Source: the human T2T-CHM13v2.0 reference genome, Homo sapiens. Taken from it: 64,000 nucleotides of DNA. The stretch is from assembly GCF_009914755.1 (NCBI RefSeq), contig NC_060939.1; one strand, written 5' to 3'. Below the pieces are notes generated by a model. It did no database searches. It was not told the origin of the DNA and worked only from the letters and a program-made list of their open reading frames with translations. A program made the position numbers and the translations under genes. Each line of letters starts with the position of its first letter. Positions within the stretch are counted from its first letter, which is position 1. This document shows positions 1-13,640 of the stretch, one piece after another.

Positions 1-1680
1 TACACATATGTCTAGTTCTTCTTGCATGTCCTCTAAATTTTACATAAGTTGATGCTGTGTCTTGGGTGCATAAATATTAATAACTAATATTTCTTCATTG
101 CAAATTGTATTCTTTAGCACTTGTGTCCTTCTTTGTCTCTTCTAATGATTTTGGTCTGAATTTTATCTTGTCCTTTATTTAGATTCTGACCTCTTTTTTT
201 AAAAAATTTGCATTTGCTGGATATATATTTGTCTAAATGGTTATTTTAACATTTATAAATCTGTTATTCCTTCTGTACGATATGGTAATGAATTTTGCTT
301 GGCTAGCTGAAAATCATTTTGTTTTAAGTTAAGACCATTTGAGTACACTGACATTATTGATAGGTTGACCTCAAAAATTTTGTCATCTTGTTTTATATTG
401 GAAGTATATCTTATAGAAATAATATTTGCCTTTATGGCTTATTTTATTTCATCCTTTTTTTTTTTATCAGGGAGGGTATATCTTTTGAATGTAGGCAAAT
501 TTATATTTTGGTTCTGATTGTTACCTTTATACCAATTCTAAAACTTTTACTCCTAATCTCCTGTTTTTCATGCTCTTGTCTACTGATCCCCCTTTCCCCA
601 TGAGTGATATTGAAGTTTACCTAGTAACTTCTTCTTTCTCCATGTCTTCTCCAAATCTAATTTGCAATAATATCCTTATACTCCCCGTTAAAACCTACAA
701 GGAAGATTTTCTTTTTTAAAATTGATATATGTAATTATATATATTTTGGGGATATATGTGATACTTTGATACATGTATGCAATGTGTAATGATCAAATCA
801 GGACAATTAGGGTATTCATCACCTCAAACATTTGTCTTTTCTTTTTGTGTTGAGGACATTGCAATTCTTTTCTTCTGGCTATTTTCAAATATATGATAAA
901 TTGTTATTAACTATAATTTCTCTGCTGTACTCTCCAAGGCAGTTTTCAAGCTTATTGAACTTCTTATGTACTTTCTCCATTCTTATCCCATTTTTGATAA
1001 TTGTGCTCTATTTATATTGTCAGGACATAAAGCCGTTCGTACTATTCTTTCTTGCTAAGAACCATCATTTAGTCTTAATTCTACAGGAAACCATGTCTTT
1101 CATGCTTATCAGCAGTCTTTGTGCTGATACTTCTCCAGTCATTTTGGTCTTTTGAAGTACATTCTCTAGTGGATTCCTCAGGAAGGATTCATAAGAACAA
1201 CATTGCCTGAGTTTTTTGCATTTTCATAATAGTGTGTCTGCCTTTATATTTGAAGATCAGTTTGTTTGCTATAAAATCCTTGCTTCATAGTTTATTTCCT
1301 TGAGTATTTTAAAGATGTTGCTTCATGGTCCTCTAGCAAAAAGGGTTGTGTCCAAAATCTAATGGCAATCTAATTTTCTTTCTCTTATAAATGACTTGGT
1401 CTTTTTGCCAATGTCTTTTAAGATTTTTTTTTCTTTTACTTTGAAGTCAGTAGTTTCACTAGAATATTGGCTGTTTTAGGTTGATTTTCCCAGATATAAA
1501 ATATACCTTTCACTATAAAGTTTCAAGTCTGTTTTATTTCAGGAAAGTTTTCTTACTTTAAATATGTTTGTATTTGTTTTATTCTATTGGTTTGATTTTC
1601 ATCTTCAGGATTTTTATTCCACACATATTGGGTCTTCTTCATTTGTCTTTGATTTTAACACTTTTCTTCTTACAGGTGGT
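1..1680 (-). mobile_element. Ancient L1M/HAL1-type LINE fragments, interrupted by an L1MA 3' end at ~715-930
   Basis: T-rich decayed antisense L1 sequence; 715-930 matches antisense L1MA 3'UTR (aatgtgtaatgatcaaatcagg...catcacctcaaacattt). Confidence 0.6.
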
Positions 1681-1727
1681 GTTCATTCATATTTGGGTTC
1701 TATGGTCGTCTGAAATATGGCTAGAAA

Positions 1728-1885
1728 GAGGCATGAGGAAACATTTTAAGGTGACAAAATTGTTCTATACCTTGGCTGCTAGTAGCTACAAACTTGTATA
1801 TAACTACCAAAAGTGATCAAACTACACAATTATAATGGATTTGTTTTATTGTATGCAAATTATACTTTAATAAAACTGAGAAAAA
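1728..1885 (+). mobile_element. L1ME-type 3' end fragment
   Basis: Ends in tttattgtatgcaaattatactttaataaa plus an A-rich tail, a typical old L1 3' terminus. Confidence 0.6.
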
Positions 1886-2377
1886 TAGACAAAAATTCTT
1901 TGACACTCCTCCACCAAGAAGTGGAGTCTATGTTTCCTCCCTTTAAATCTGGATGGGTCTGTGACTGCTTCGACTAATAGACTACAGTGCAAATGATGCT
2001 ATGAGACTTCCAAGGCTAGGTCATGAGGGACTAAATTGGTCTGCCTTGGTATTTGGAACACTTACTCTTAGAAACTTGGGTCACCATGTATAAAGCCCAA
2101 CTACCTCAAGAACATCATGCTGGAGGGGTCACCTGTCGGCACTCCAATGGCCAGTCCTAGCTGAACCTCTGCTCCAGCCATCCTAGCCCAAGTGCCAGAT
2201 AGGTAATTAAAGAAGCCATCTTGGAAGTAGATCTAAATCTAATCCCAGCTGTCTTAGCCCCTGGCCATTCAAGTTGTCCCAATTAAGCCTAGAATCCATG
2301 AGCATGATACAATTGTTGTTGGTCCATTCCACTAAATTCTGTGGTAATAAATTATGTAGCAGTAGAAAATTAGAACA
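1886..2377 (+). mobile_element. MaLR solo LTR (MLT1F/G/H-like)
   Basis: ttctttgacactcctcc...gtggagtctatg...gacttccaaggctaggtca; terminus gcagtagaaaattagaaca. Confidence 0.75.
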
Positions 2378-2737
2378 TGTCCCTTCCATTTTAGTCTTCA
2401 TTTGTGAAACTGTTTTTTATTTCTTTTTCTTTCCTGAGTTGTCATTTCTCTTTTCAAATCTTCCTTTTCTCAAATTACTTCCTTTCTAAATTTTTCTAAT
2501 CTGATTACACTATTATTTCATACACTTATCATTTTTCTTTATTTTAGTTCATTTAATATATTAGGTTACAAGTTTTACCTGTTTTATAAGCACGTCTTTC
2601 TAACATGACTTCATTATCTGTCATGACATTCTATCCCTTATTTTCCTTTCTCTTATAGTGACTTTATATGGAACTTGCTCACGATCATTTTCTGTTGCTC
2701 ATCTCTTTCATTTTTAGGTATTTTGTTTCTGTTTCAT

Positions 2738-5700
2738 TTTTAAAATTTGTATATGTTTAGGGTATACAAGTGCAGATTTCTTACCTGCATCTTTTGTACA
2801 GTGGTGAAGTCTGGGCTTTTAGTGTGCCCATCACCCAAATAGTGAACACTGTATCCAATAGGTAACTTTTCAACACTCACACCCCTCCCACCCTCCCACC
2901 TTTTGTAGTCTCCAGTGTCTGTTACTTTACTCTGTATGCCCATGTGTATCCATTGTTTAGCTTTCACTTTATAAGTGAGAACATGTGGTATTTGACTTTC
3001 TGTTTCTGGGTTATTTCTTTAATTAATTCACTTATTTATTTTAAGTTCCAGGGTACATGTGCAGGATGTGCAGGTTTGTTACATAGGTAACCGTATGCCA
3101 TGGCGATTTGCTGCACCTGTCAACCCATCACCTAGATATTAAGCCCTGCATCTGAGTTATTTCACTTAGGATAATGGCCTCCAGTTCCACTCATGTTGCT
3201 ACAAAAGACATAATTTTATTCTTTTTTATGGCTGAGTAGTATGCCATGGAATGAATACACACATACACACACACACACAGACACACACACACACAAACCA
3301 CATTTTCTTTATCCAGTCTTCTGTTGATTGACACTTAGGTTGATTATCTTTGCTATTGTGAATAGTGCTGCAATAAACATGAGTGCAGGTATCTTTTTTC
3401 ATATAATGATTTATTTTCCTTTGAGTAGATACCCAGTAGTGGGATTGCCAGAGCAAATGGTAGATTTATTTTAGTTCTTTCAGAAATCTGCATAGTTTTC
3501 CATTAAGGTTTTTACTAATTTACATTCCCACCAACAGTGTATAAGTGTTCCCTTTCTCTGCATCCTCACCAACATCTGTTGTATTTTAACTTTTTAATAA
3601 TAGCCATTCTGACTGGTATAAGATGGTATCTCATTGCGGTTTTGATTTTTACCTCTATGATGATTAGTGATGTTCAGCATTTTTTCATATGTTTCCTGGC
3701 TGCTTGGATGTCTTCTTTTGAAAAATGTTCCTGCCCTTTGCCCACTTTTTAATGGGGTTGTTTTTTCTTGTTGAATTGTTTGAGTTTGTTGTAGATTCTG
3801 GATTAGCCCTTTGCTGCATGCATAGTTTGCAAATATTTTTTCCCATTCTGTAGGTTGTCTTGTTTACTGTATTGATTGTTTCTTTTGCAGTGCAAAAGCT
3901 TTTTAGTTTGATTAAGTCCCATTTGTCTATTTCTGTTATTGTTGCATTTGCTTTTGAGGGCTTGGTCCTAAATTCTTTGCCTAGCCCAATGTCCACAAGG
4001 GTTTTTTCTGGGTTTTCTTCTAGGATTCCTATAGTTTCTGGTCTTACATTTAGGCCTTTAGTACATCTTGAGCTAATTATTGTATATGGTGAGAGGTATG
4101 GGTCTAGTGTCATTCTTCTGCATATGGGATATCTACTTTTCCCAGCACCATTTCTTGAACAGGGTGTCATTTCCCCAGTATACATTGACTTGTTGAGGAT
4201 CAGTTGGTTGTAGGTATGTGGCTTTATTTCTAGGTTATATTCTGTTCCATTGATCCATGTCTCTATTTTTATACCAGTACCATGCTGTTTTAGTCACAAC
4301 AGACTTGTAGTAAAACTTGAAGTGAGGTAATGTGATACTTCCAGCTTTGTTCTTTTTTCTTAAAACTGCTTCAGCCATTCAGGCTCCTTTTTGGTTCCAT
4401 GTGAATTCGAGGACTATCTTTTCTAATTCCGTAAAAATTGACATTGGTAATTTGATAGGGATTATGTTGAATCTGTAGATTGCTTTAAGTAGTATGATTA
4501 TTTTAACAATATCGATTCTTCTAATTCACTACCGTGGGATGTATTTCCACTTGTTTATATCATCTCTGATTTCTTTCGTAAGTGTTTAATAGTTCTCTTT
4601 ATAGAGATCTTTCACTTTTTTTGTTAAATATATTCCTAGGTACTTACTTTATTTGTAGTTATTGTAAATGGGATTGCCTTCTTTTTTCAGTCATCAGCTA
4701 GATAGTTATTGGTGTATACAAATGCTATTGATTTCCATATGTTAATTTTGCATTCTTAAACTCCTGAATTAATTAATCAAATGTAAGAATTTTTGGTGGC
4801 GTCTTTAGGGTGTTCCAGATATAAGATCATATCATAAGCAAATAGGAATAATTTTACTTCCTGTTTTCAAATTTGGATACCTTTTATTTCTCTTGCTTGA
4901 TTGCTCTGGTGAGGACTTCTAGTATTATGTTGAATAAGAGCAGTGAAAGTGGGCATCCTTGTCTATTTCCAGGTGTTAGAAGGAATGCTTTTAACTTTTC
5001 CCTGTTAAGTATGATATTAGCTGTGGGTTTGTCATGTATGGCCTTATGTTTAAGCATACTTATTCCTAAGCATATTATTCCTTCTAAGGAATAGAACATA
5101 TTCCTTCTATGCCTAGTTTGTTGAGGACTTTTAGCATGATGGGATGCTGAAGTTTATCAAAGACTTTTCTGTGTCTATTGAGATGATCACATGGTTTTGT
5201 CCTTAATTCTGTTTATGTGAGGTATCACATTTATTGATTTGCATATGTTGAAACATCCTTGCATCCCTGGGATGAATCTCACCTGATCATGGTGTATTAT
5301 CTTTTTGATGTGCTATTGGATTCAATTTGCTAGTATTTTGTTGAGGATTTTTGTGTCTATGTTCATCAGGGATATCAGTCTGTAATTTTCTTTTTTCGTT
5401 GTGTCCTTTTCTGATTTTGGTATCAGGGTGATATTGGCCTTGTAGAATGAATTAGGGAGAATTCCCTCCTCCTCGATTTTATGGAATAGTTTCAGAAGGA
5501 TTTGTATTAGTTCTTCTTTGTATGTTTGGTAGGAATCAGCTGTGAATCCATCTAATTATGGGCTTTTTTGGGAGGGGGAGTTTTTTTTTTTTATTACTAA
5601 TCCAATCTCACCACTCATTATTGGTCTGTTAAGTTCTATTTCTTCCTGGTTCAATCTCAGGAGGTTATATGTTTCCAGGAATTTATCCATATCCTCCAGA

Positions 5701-6170
5701 TTTTCTTCTTTGTGAGTGTATAGTTGTTTATAACAGTCTCAGATGATTTTTTTTTTAATTCTGTGGTATCAGTTGTAATGTCTCCTTTTTCATTTCTGTA
5801 GTGTTTACTTGGATCTTCTTTGTTCTTGGTTAGTCTAGCTAGTGGTTTATCAATTTTGTTCATCTTTTCAAAGAACCAATTTTTAATTTTGTTTATCCTC
5901 CGTATTTTGCTATTTTATTTAGTTCTGCTCTAATCTTTGTTGTTTCATTTCTTCTGCTACCTTTCTTTGTTCTTCTTTTTCTAGTTCCTTAAGATATAAT
6001 ATTAGGTTATTAATTTGTGACCTTTTAGTTCTTCGATGTAGGCATTTAATGCTGTAAACCTCCCTCCTGGCACTGCTTTTGCTGTATCCCATAGGTTTTG
6101 GTATGCTGTGTTTTCACTTTCATTTGTTTCTAGATTTTTAAAAAAATTTGTCTCAATTTTCTCATTTTTA
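2738..6170 (-). mobile_element. 5'-truncated L1 (L1PB-age): 3'UTR plus decayed ORF2
   Basis: Minus ORFs carry L1 ORF2 motifs (IDKWDLIKLKSFCTAKE; [23 protein letters not shown]; INKIDKPLARL-like); multiple stops; (CA)n at ~3256-3296. Confidence 0.95.
3018..3150 (-). mobile_element. Short L1PA 3' end nested in the older L1
   Basis: gggtacatgtgcaggatgtgcaggtttgttacataggtaa; TSD tctgggttatttc (3005-3017) / tctgagttatttc (3151-3163). Confidence 0.85.
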
Positions 6171-6228
6171 ATGAGAGAATTTTTTGGTACTTTCAGGAGA
6201 AAAAGGTAGGCTGGTATAACCTTCGTAG

Positions 6229-6579
<351 letters not shown>

Positions 6580-7104
6580 TGATTTTTTTAAAAAATATGG
6601 CCAAATATTTTCTAAGCTGAGTCCCCATTGCTCTTGTCTCTCACTTTTATCTCTCTCCTATTTCTCCTCCCCCAACCCCGTGATGCTTCATTTAAATTCT
6701 GTTCCCAGTGAGTACGTTTCAGTGCAGTTTATCCTGGAACAAAATTTGATGCGTTAGTTTAAAAAACTCAGAGAGCCCAGAGTGTTCCAACACTTTCCAC
6801 CTTCCAGAGATCCCTTGGCGCTCACATGCAAATTGGATCCTATGAAACTTCCTCCAACTTTTGGTTGATGTTCTCAGATTGAGCCACCGAGATTTCCAAG
6901 GCAATTTGTGGGTTGGCTTTCAGGAATACTAGAGTCCTTTTCTCCCCCTTCTCTCCCAAACAATTTCCAAAATCACATGGTTCTTGCAGTTGTCAGTAGC
7001 TTATACCCATCTACTAATATTTTGGAGTTGTTACCACACCTTGTCACCTACTTATGTTGTAGATCAGTGGTTCTCAGACTTTATAATCAGCATCACAAGA
7101 ATTG

Positions 7105-7603
7105 CCCACATGAAAGCTTGCACACAAATGTTTAGAGAGGCATTATTCATAATTGCAAAAAGTGGCAACAACCCAAATGTCCAAGAATGGATGAACGGAT
7201 AAACAAAATGTAGCATATACATACAATGGGATATTATGCAGCCTTAAAAAGGAATGAAATTCTGACCCATGCTATAATATGGATGAACCTTGAAAACATT
7301 ATGCTAAGTGTAATGAGCTAAACACAAAAGAACGACTATTATATGACCCATTTATATGAAAAGTCCAGAATAGACAAATCTATAGAGATAGAAAGTAGAT
7401 TAGTGATTACCTAGGGCTGCGGGTGTGGTTGTGGGGGGTAGAATGGGGAGTCATTGCTGTTGGGCATGGGGTTTCTTTATAGGGGTGATGAAAATGACCT
7501 AAATTGATTGTGGTGATGGTTGCACAACTCTGTGGATATACTAAATACCATTCCATTGTATAGTATGTGAATTACACACTTCAATAGAGCTGATTTTTTA
7601 AAA
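7105..7603 (+). mobile_element. L1MB-type 3' end, preceded by a short MER5-like stub at ~7065-7100
   Basis: aacccaaatgtcc...ggataaacaaaatgt...gaaccttgaaaacattatgctaagtg...gtggtgatggttgcacaactctgtg. Confidence 0.85.
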
Positions 7604-8868
7604 GCAGCTATATTGTCACAACTGCCATCTTCCCAGAATCTCCTTATTCTAAAAAATATTAATTATTCACAAATGTTGGTACTTCCATTCATTGTAACAA
7701 GTCTTGTATAAAATGCCTTGCAAACAGTCACACATGGCAGTCTATCAAGGGCACCGTGATTGAAAGCTGGTGGCTAAGTGCACCCTGAGGAAGGCTTTGT
7801 GGCTCCCGACTGTTGCTCCCAGTACATGCTGTGGTGACATAGAGTAAGATTTGCCATGATAAAGCCATGCTCTTGGCCTCAGGACAAAGCCTCTCAGCCC
7901 TGGGAATCTCGGCCCCTCCCTGGCCCTCAGTGCAGCCCACACCCAGTTGCCTCTGCCATGAAAGGAAGCGGACACCTTCCTCCCTGGCTATTCTTTTCCC
8001 ACTGGCAGACTCCCTCCCAGCCCTGGTTCCAAGGGCTGTCAGGGTCACCCTCCCTCTCCTCAAATCCCCCACCCCCTGCCCCATCAGGACTCATTCTGCT
8101 TTCCATCTTTTCAGACAATAAAGACACTAGAGGAATTTATTTATACCTCCAGCCAGCTAATAAGACAATTCAATGAAAAGCAGCCCCTGCTTGCTGGAGC
8201 ATCCTCGGGCCTTTGATTGCCTCTTCTGTGTCCCAATTCCCAGCATTTATTCTACATATAAATTTTCCACGGTGAATAGACACCATTCTTCTCGGAATAC
8301 CATTTGTTCCCTTGGTTATTTTATTTCCATCTCGTTTTGCTTTTTATTATTACTGTTAAACTGTAATTAATTCTTCTCCTATCAGCTTCTCTTTAGTGAA
8401 CTAAGCCTAATGCAGCATGAAGTGTCTTCACTCACCCCCAACTATACACCTATTCTTGAAAATAACGAAGCCTCTGACATTTCAAAGGCCCACAAGCTGC
8501 TAAATCTTTCCTTCTATGGAATGGGAGTGGGGAGGGATGGAGGGAGGGAGGGAGGAAAGTCTGGGCAGGCAAAGTGATTTCATAACCAGGTGACTGTGGG
8601 TTTCAATTTAGCTGAGATAGTTCTGATTTCATTTAGCAGACAGACACTTGAAAGGTTAAGAAAGTCATGAAGGAAGTGTGGGAGAAAAGCTCAAATGCAC
8701 TTTAAAATGTGGCCCCTGTCCTGCTGCTCAAATTTGGAACCACTGTCTTTCTTCCCATCTAAAAGGATATTTGCTGCATTACATTCCCTCTAAGTTTTCA
8801 CAGCATCCCCTCAAGGTCAGCCTCTTTGAAAGGTATACCAGCACCATGGACAATTCTGTGATGGCATC

Positions 8869-9322
8869 TGTAGTGGGTTGAATGGGGGTCCCTAGATATG
8901 TCCACATCCTGATCCCTGGAACCTGCGAACGTTACCCTCTTTAGAAAAAGGGTCTTTGCAGATATGATTAAGTTTAGCATCTTGAGATGAGAAGGTTCTG
9001 CATTACCCAGGTGAGAACTAAGTCCAATGACAAGTATCCTTATAACAGACATAGAAGAGAGTGACAGAAGAGTAGCAGGTGATGAGAAGACAGAGATTGG
9101 AGTGATGGGGCTACAAGCCAAGGAACACCAAAGATTGCTCAGAAACCACCAGAAGCTACAAGAGGCCAGGAATGGACTCTCTCCTGGAGCCTCCAGAGGG
9201 AGCGTGGCCCTGACGACACCTTGATTTCAGATTTCAGGCCTCCAGAACTATGAGAGAGTACATTTTTTTAAGCCACCAAGTTTGTGATCGTTTGTTATAA
9301 GCAGCCACAGGAAGCTAATACT
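8869..9322 (+). mobile_element. MaLR solo LTR (MLT1C-like)
   Basis: tgtagtgggttgaatg...gcagccacaggaagctaatac; 5-bp TSD gcatc at 8864-8868 / 9323-9327. Confidence 0.9.
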
Positions 9323-9873
9323 GCATCCTTAGTTTGCCAGCTCATCATGAGCAGAAAACACAAAAGAGAAAAGACTGGATAATACCAAGTCACAAAACTT
9401 TAACATGCCAAGCTGTTGCCTTCAGATGGTAGAAGTCTGGGTTGTCAGATCAGATGAGGCTGCCCACATAACTCAAGCCGAAAGCACGCATTGGATGCAG
9501 GAAATGAATTCCTACAACCCAGACCTTGCCAGAACTGGCTGGCCACAGCTTTGCTTTCTGAAATATGGCTTTTCTTAAAGAGGATGTGGCATACAGTTGG
9601 CTCAGCTGTGACTTTTATTTTACATTTACAATTCCTTTATCCAAAAGATTTCTAAGCTCAGGTATCTATATTTCTTTTTTCCTCCCAAATTTTCTCTATT
9701 TCTTTTTCTTTTAATAGCTAGAAGAACACGTTTATGAGTAGTTATAGAAATGTCCCAGAGTCATGGGTCTGCATGGGATCTGAGACATCATGTGATTTGT
9801 CTCAGAAAGTGGCATGCCCCAGCAGGCCAAGTCACTAGAGGGGTTTTCCATTCAAATGTTTTTAATATTTTAC

Positions 9874-9930
9874 TCCTTTGATAATTGATAATTCCTTTGA
9901 TAATTGATAATTGATAGTTGATAATTCCTT
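9874..9930. repeat. Short tandem repeat built from TTGATAA units
   Basis: tcctttgataattgataat x2 followed by tgatagttgataattcctt. Confidence 0.9.
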
Positions 9931-10745
9931 ATTGGCTCCCATTTTTCTTTCTCCATTTGTCCCAGAAACTTATGCTCATTCTCCCTGTAAATGTGTCCTT
10001 ATTTCCTTTTTCTTCTATTGCCAACCTCTGATATAATATACAATATAGTTCCTTGTCATGTCCCTAGGATTTCACATGGGCTAGTATGGACCCAAGCTTT
10101 TCACCTCTCAGTAGAAATAATGCCTAATAGTGCACACAGTGGAGCCTCATAAACAATGTGTTGTCTAAAAGGCTGAGTTTCCAGATGTCCTAGCCATATA
10201 GAGTACCACTCTGTTATACTTTGATTTTATCCTGTGGGAAAATATTTGAAAACTTACACTTAAATTGATTCTATCTCTATTATTTTTAAATAACATTCTC
10301 TTGTAGCTTACAGGGTACATTTCTATCCTAAATGACATGTTTCTGTTTAACTTGCGTGCTATAGTTCTGTGTGTGTTTACATCTGTTTGTGCGAGCATGC
10401 GCAAGTTCATGTGTGTTTGCACGCAAAATCCCTCTGGTAACAGAAAGTTTATTTTCCCTCTTCCCATAACTGAAAGTCCACTGAATGAATTTAACTTAAA
10501 TTACCTCTCTTGGCCTAAATAAATAAATACAATATCAGCAAGATAAATTATGACCTAAAATGTTATTTCTTATTTTTAAAAAGTGAAAAGGTGAGGGTAA
10601 TTGAGTTTGCTGTTCAAATCACAGCTCTGACTCTTGGCAACACCCTAAAATATCATGTTCCACCTCAGTTCTGTAACCCAAACACAGCAGCAGTGAGGCC
10701 CTGCTTCTGCACTGATGAAAGGTTTTCATTTCTGGCAGGGCATAC

Positions 10746-10871
10746 CGTAAACTGAGGCCCACAGCCACGAAACAAGAGGTGGTGTGGAATTTACAAAGCT
10801 CTGAGGGGCAATCTCCATCCATTTGTGGTGATTAATATCTCCTTCCTTGGCTTGAATGCCAACCTTCAATT
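10746..10871 (-). ncRNA. Candidate first exon of a spliced, probably non-coding transcript
   Basis: Inr-like CTAATT ~30 nt after the TATA; 5' splice site ACG|GTATGC at 10746/10745. Confidence 0.35.
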
Positions 10872-11030
10872 AGAAAGGGAAACAGAACCTTCCCTTTTAT
10901 AGAGCAGACCCCCAAGACAGCCCCTGGAAGGGGATTTCCCCTGGAAAGGAAGGCCCGGTAAAATCCAAGGAGAAGAGCTGAAATTCCCCTCCATTAGCAG
11001 AGGGTGTCTGCATTCCTGGGGTACTTCCTG
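10865..11030 (-). promoter_or_regulatory. Candidate NF-kB-responsive TATA promoter
   Basis: Minus-strand TATAAAAG(GG) at 10901-10894; kB sites GGGGATTTCCCC 10930-10941 and GGGGAATTTCA (minus) 10989-10979; ETS CAGGAAGT (minus) 11030-11023. Confidence 0.55.
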
Positions 11031-11654
11031 CATCTTCCAGGCTGCCCTGCTGGGCACCTTATACCATGGCAGGGAGTGATGTCAAAAAGGTTATGTTCTC
11101 ATGGGAACTTGAGGAAGGAAAAAGGCTTAGTGGATTTCTTTAGTTATTTTGGTGACTGTTTCTATTTTTCAAGAATGTCTAAGAATCTAAGGGAAAATCT
11201 CAAGGTTCCCCTTCACCCCCAGTCTCTTCCTTCCATTGAATTTGGGAACTCACCTATTAGGGCCAACCCCATTTGGGGTTCTTCTGCTTCCAGTCAGGGC
11301 TGAGACTGATATCACCAATGCCACTGCCAGTCAGGTGGAGAATGGGATTATTGTGAATACCAGATTTCAAAATTTGATAAAATGTTTATGGTTATGTGAA
11401 GAATAATGCAAATTCTGACTCATCATAATGGCCTATCCTTCTCTTCCCAGCTCTTTCCTGCCTTTGGTTGTGTGTACTGGGAGCTCTGGCGGATGAGATT
11501 GCTCTTTAAAAAGACCCTTGTGGGTGGGCCTGGTCAGGATACTCCCAGAACTCTCTGGTGAAGGTTGATTTCCACATTCAGGTATGGAGTGGGCATTAAC
11601 TGCTTGCCCCTCTACTCCACATTCATTCCCCACCACCTTCTCACCCACAGAGTA

Positions 11655-11885
11655 CACATCAGGCACTGGGGTTGCAAGAGTGAGTAAGACAACCCTCCGC
11701 CCTCATGGGGATTGTCTCCCGGTTAGGAAGACACACTGACCACATCAATCAATCACTTTAGATGGTTCTAAGTAACATGAAAAAAAAAGTTAATGTAATA
11801 TAGGATAGATAGAAGATGGGTAACTATTTTTTAGGGTGATTAGGAAAGGTCTGAGAAAGTGATATTTGGGCTGGGATCTCCACGA
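11655..11885 (-). mobile_element. L2 fragment
   Basis: aggcactgggg...gagtaagaca...gccctcatgg; ggtgattaggaaagg...gtgatattt. Confidence 0.6.
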
Positions 11886-13311
11886 TGACACATATATAAC
11901 CTCACGGTAATGTACAGCCAGTCTTGAGAGGTCATCAGTCAGGCATAAAGCAAGGGAGTGGTCAGGAGTCTGGGTCTGCTGCCTGGAAGCCAAGGAGAAG
12001 AGGAAGACCAAGCAGCATGGTTTTCACCCTTCATCCCTCATACCCCCAGACCCCTCAGCTGTCGTCTGATGCCACTGACACGTTGCAGGTTACCCAACAC
12101 CATGCTCTAGAATGAGGTCTGAGCTGGGCATCAGGGCCCTCAACCCTGACATCCAGGGGGTTCCATCAGCTGTGTATGCTTCTCTGGGCCCCATCCCCTG
12201 CAACCCTCACAGAAAGAGCCGCACTGCTGACCGTGCAGGGCCGTGGCTCTAAGCCACGCTTCCCTACCCTCTTATTACGGTCCAGCAAGGAAGGAAGGCA
12301 AGACCTGGCCAAATGACAGTCATAATGCAGTGTGATGAGCTCGGGGACAGATGAAATAAGGGCCCAGCAGAAACCCAAGCCCAGAAGGGAGGGGTGGCAA
12401 GGCTGTGCAGGAGGCTGCCAGGGGAGCTGGCTCAGTCTTGCTCGCTGCCAGCCTACCTCAGACTTGACCCTTTGTAGCACTTTACAGCAATCATCTTGGC
12501 TCTACTTGACAATTACTGTGGTTCAGCAATAGGTTAGGCCACCGTGTGTGAGTACACCTGCAAATTTGGCCTGTTCTGGGTGCCTCCACCCTCCTGGAGC
12601 TGCACTCTCTGCAGTAATCTTGCTGGGTGTTTCCTAAGCACAATGGAGACAGCTGGGTAGGCCTCCCTGTGTCTAGAACAAACCCAGGCCTCTCAGCCAA
12701 GTCCAGTCACCCCCTGGGCTCCTGTTCCTCTTCCCTACCCACTGTCCTGCCAGCTTTCACACCAGCAGTAAACCTAGCCCACAGCATTGGAGCTCAGCGG
12801 ACCCTGAGAAAACATTCCCAAAGTAGCCATTCCATGGCTAGGCTGAAGGACCTGGGATGGCTTAGTCCTGTAGGCTACAGGAACACAAATTGTCCACTTG
12901 AATATTTGTGCTGACCACGGGGCCTGATCACAAAGATAAACTTCATGGCCAGGGTGGACAGACCCCTCTCAAGAGCAGCCATCTCAGGAAGTTTGAAGCT
13001 GCAGACAGGGACTGTTAGCATTTGTCCATACTGGGAACCAAGGTCTCCAGAGCAAGCAACAATGAAATCCCTAAATCCAAAGGGCTCATGGGCTTGTTTT
13101 AAGGATCAGTGAAGAAGGACGAAGCAAAGCATTCTGTACTTCACTCCAGAGCTAGGCCAGAGTGGGTGGTGGGAGGAGTGGAGGAGGCAAGGCAGAAGTC
13201 CTGGAACCTGTGGAAGAGGAAGGATGCTGGGGCCAAGCATAGAAAGCCAGGGTAGGGGAAGTGGGTCCTGACACCTGCTCTTACTTGCCTCACTTTAGTC
13301 CTAGCCACTGA

Positions 13312-13640
<329 letters not shown>

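Noticed and set aside
10350-10425. Alternating purine-pyrimidine stretch (Z-DNA candidate)
   Set aside because: Too interrupted to support a call
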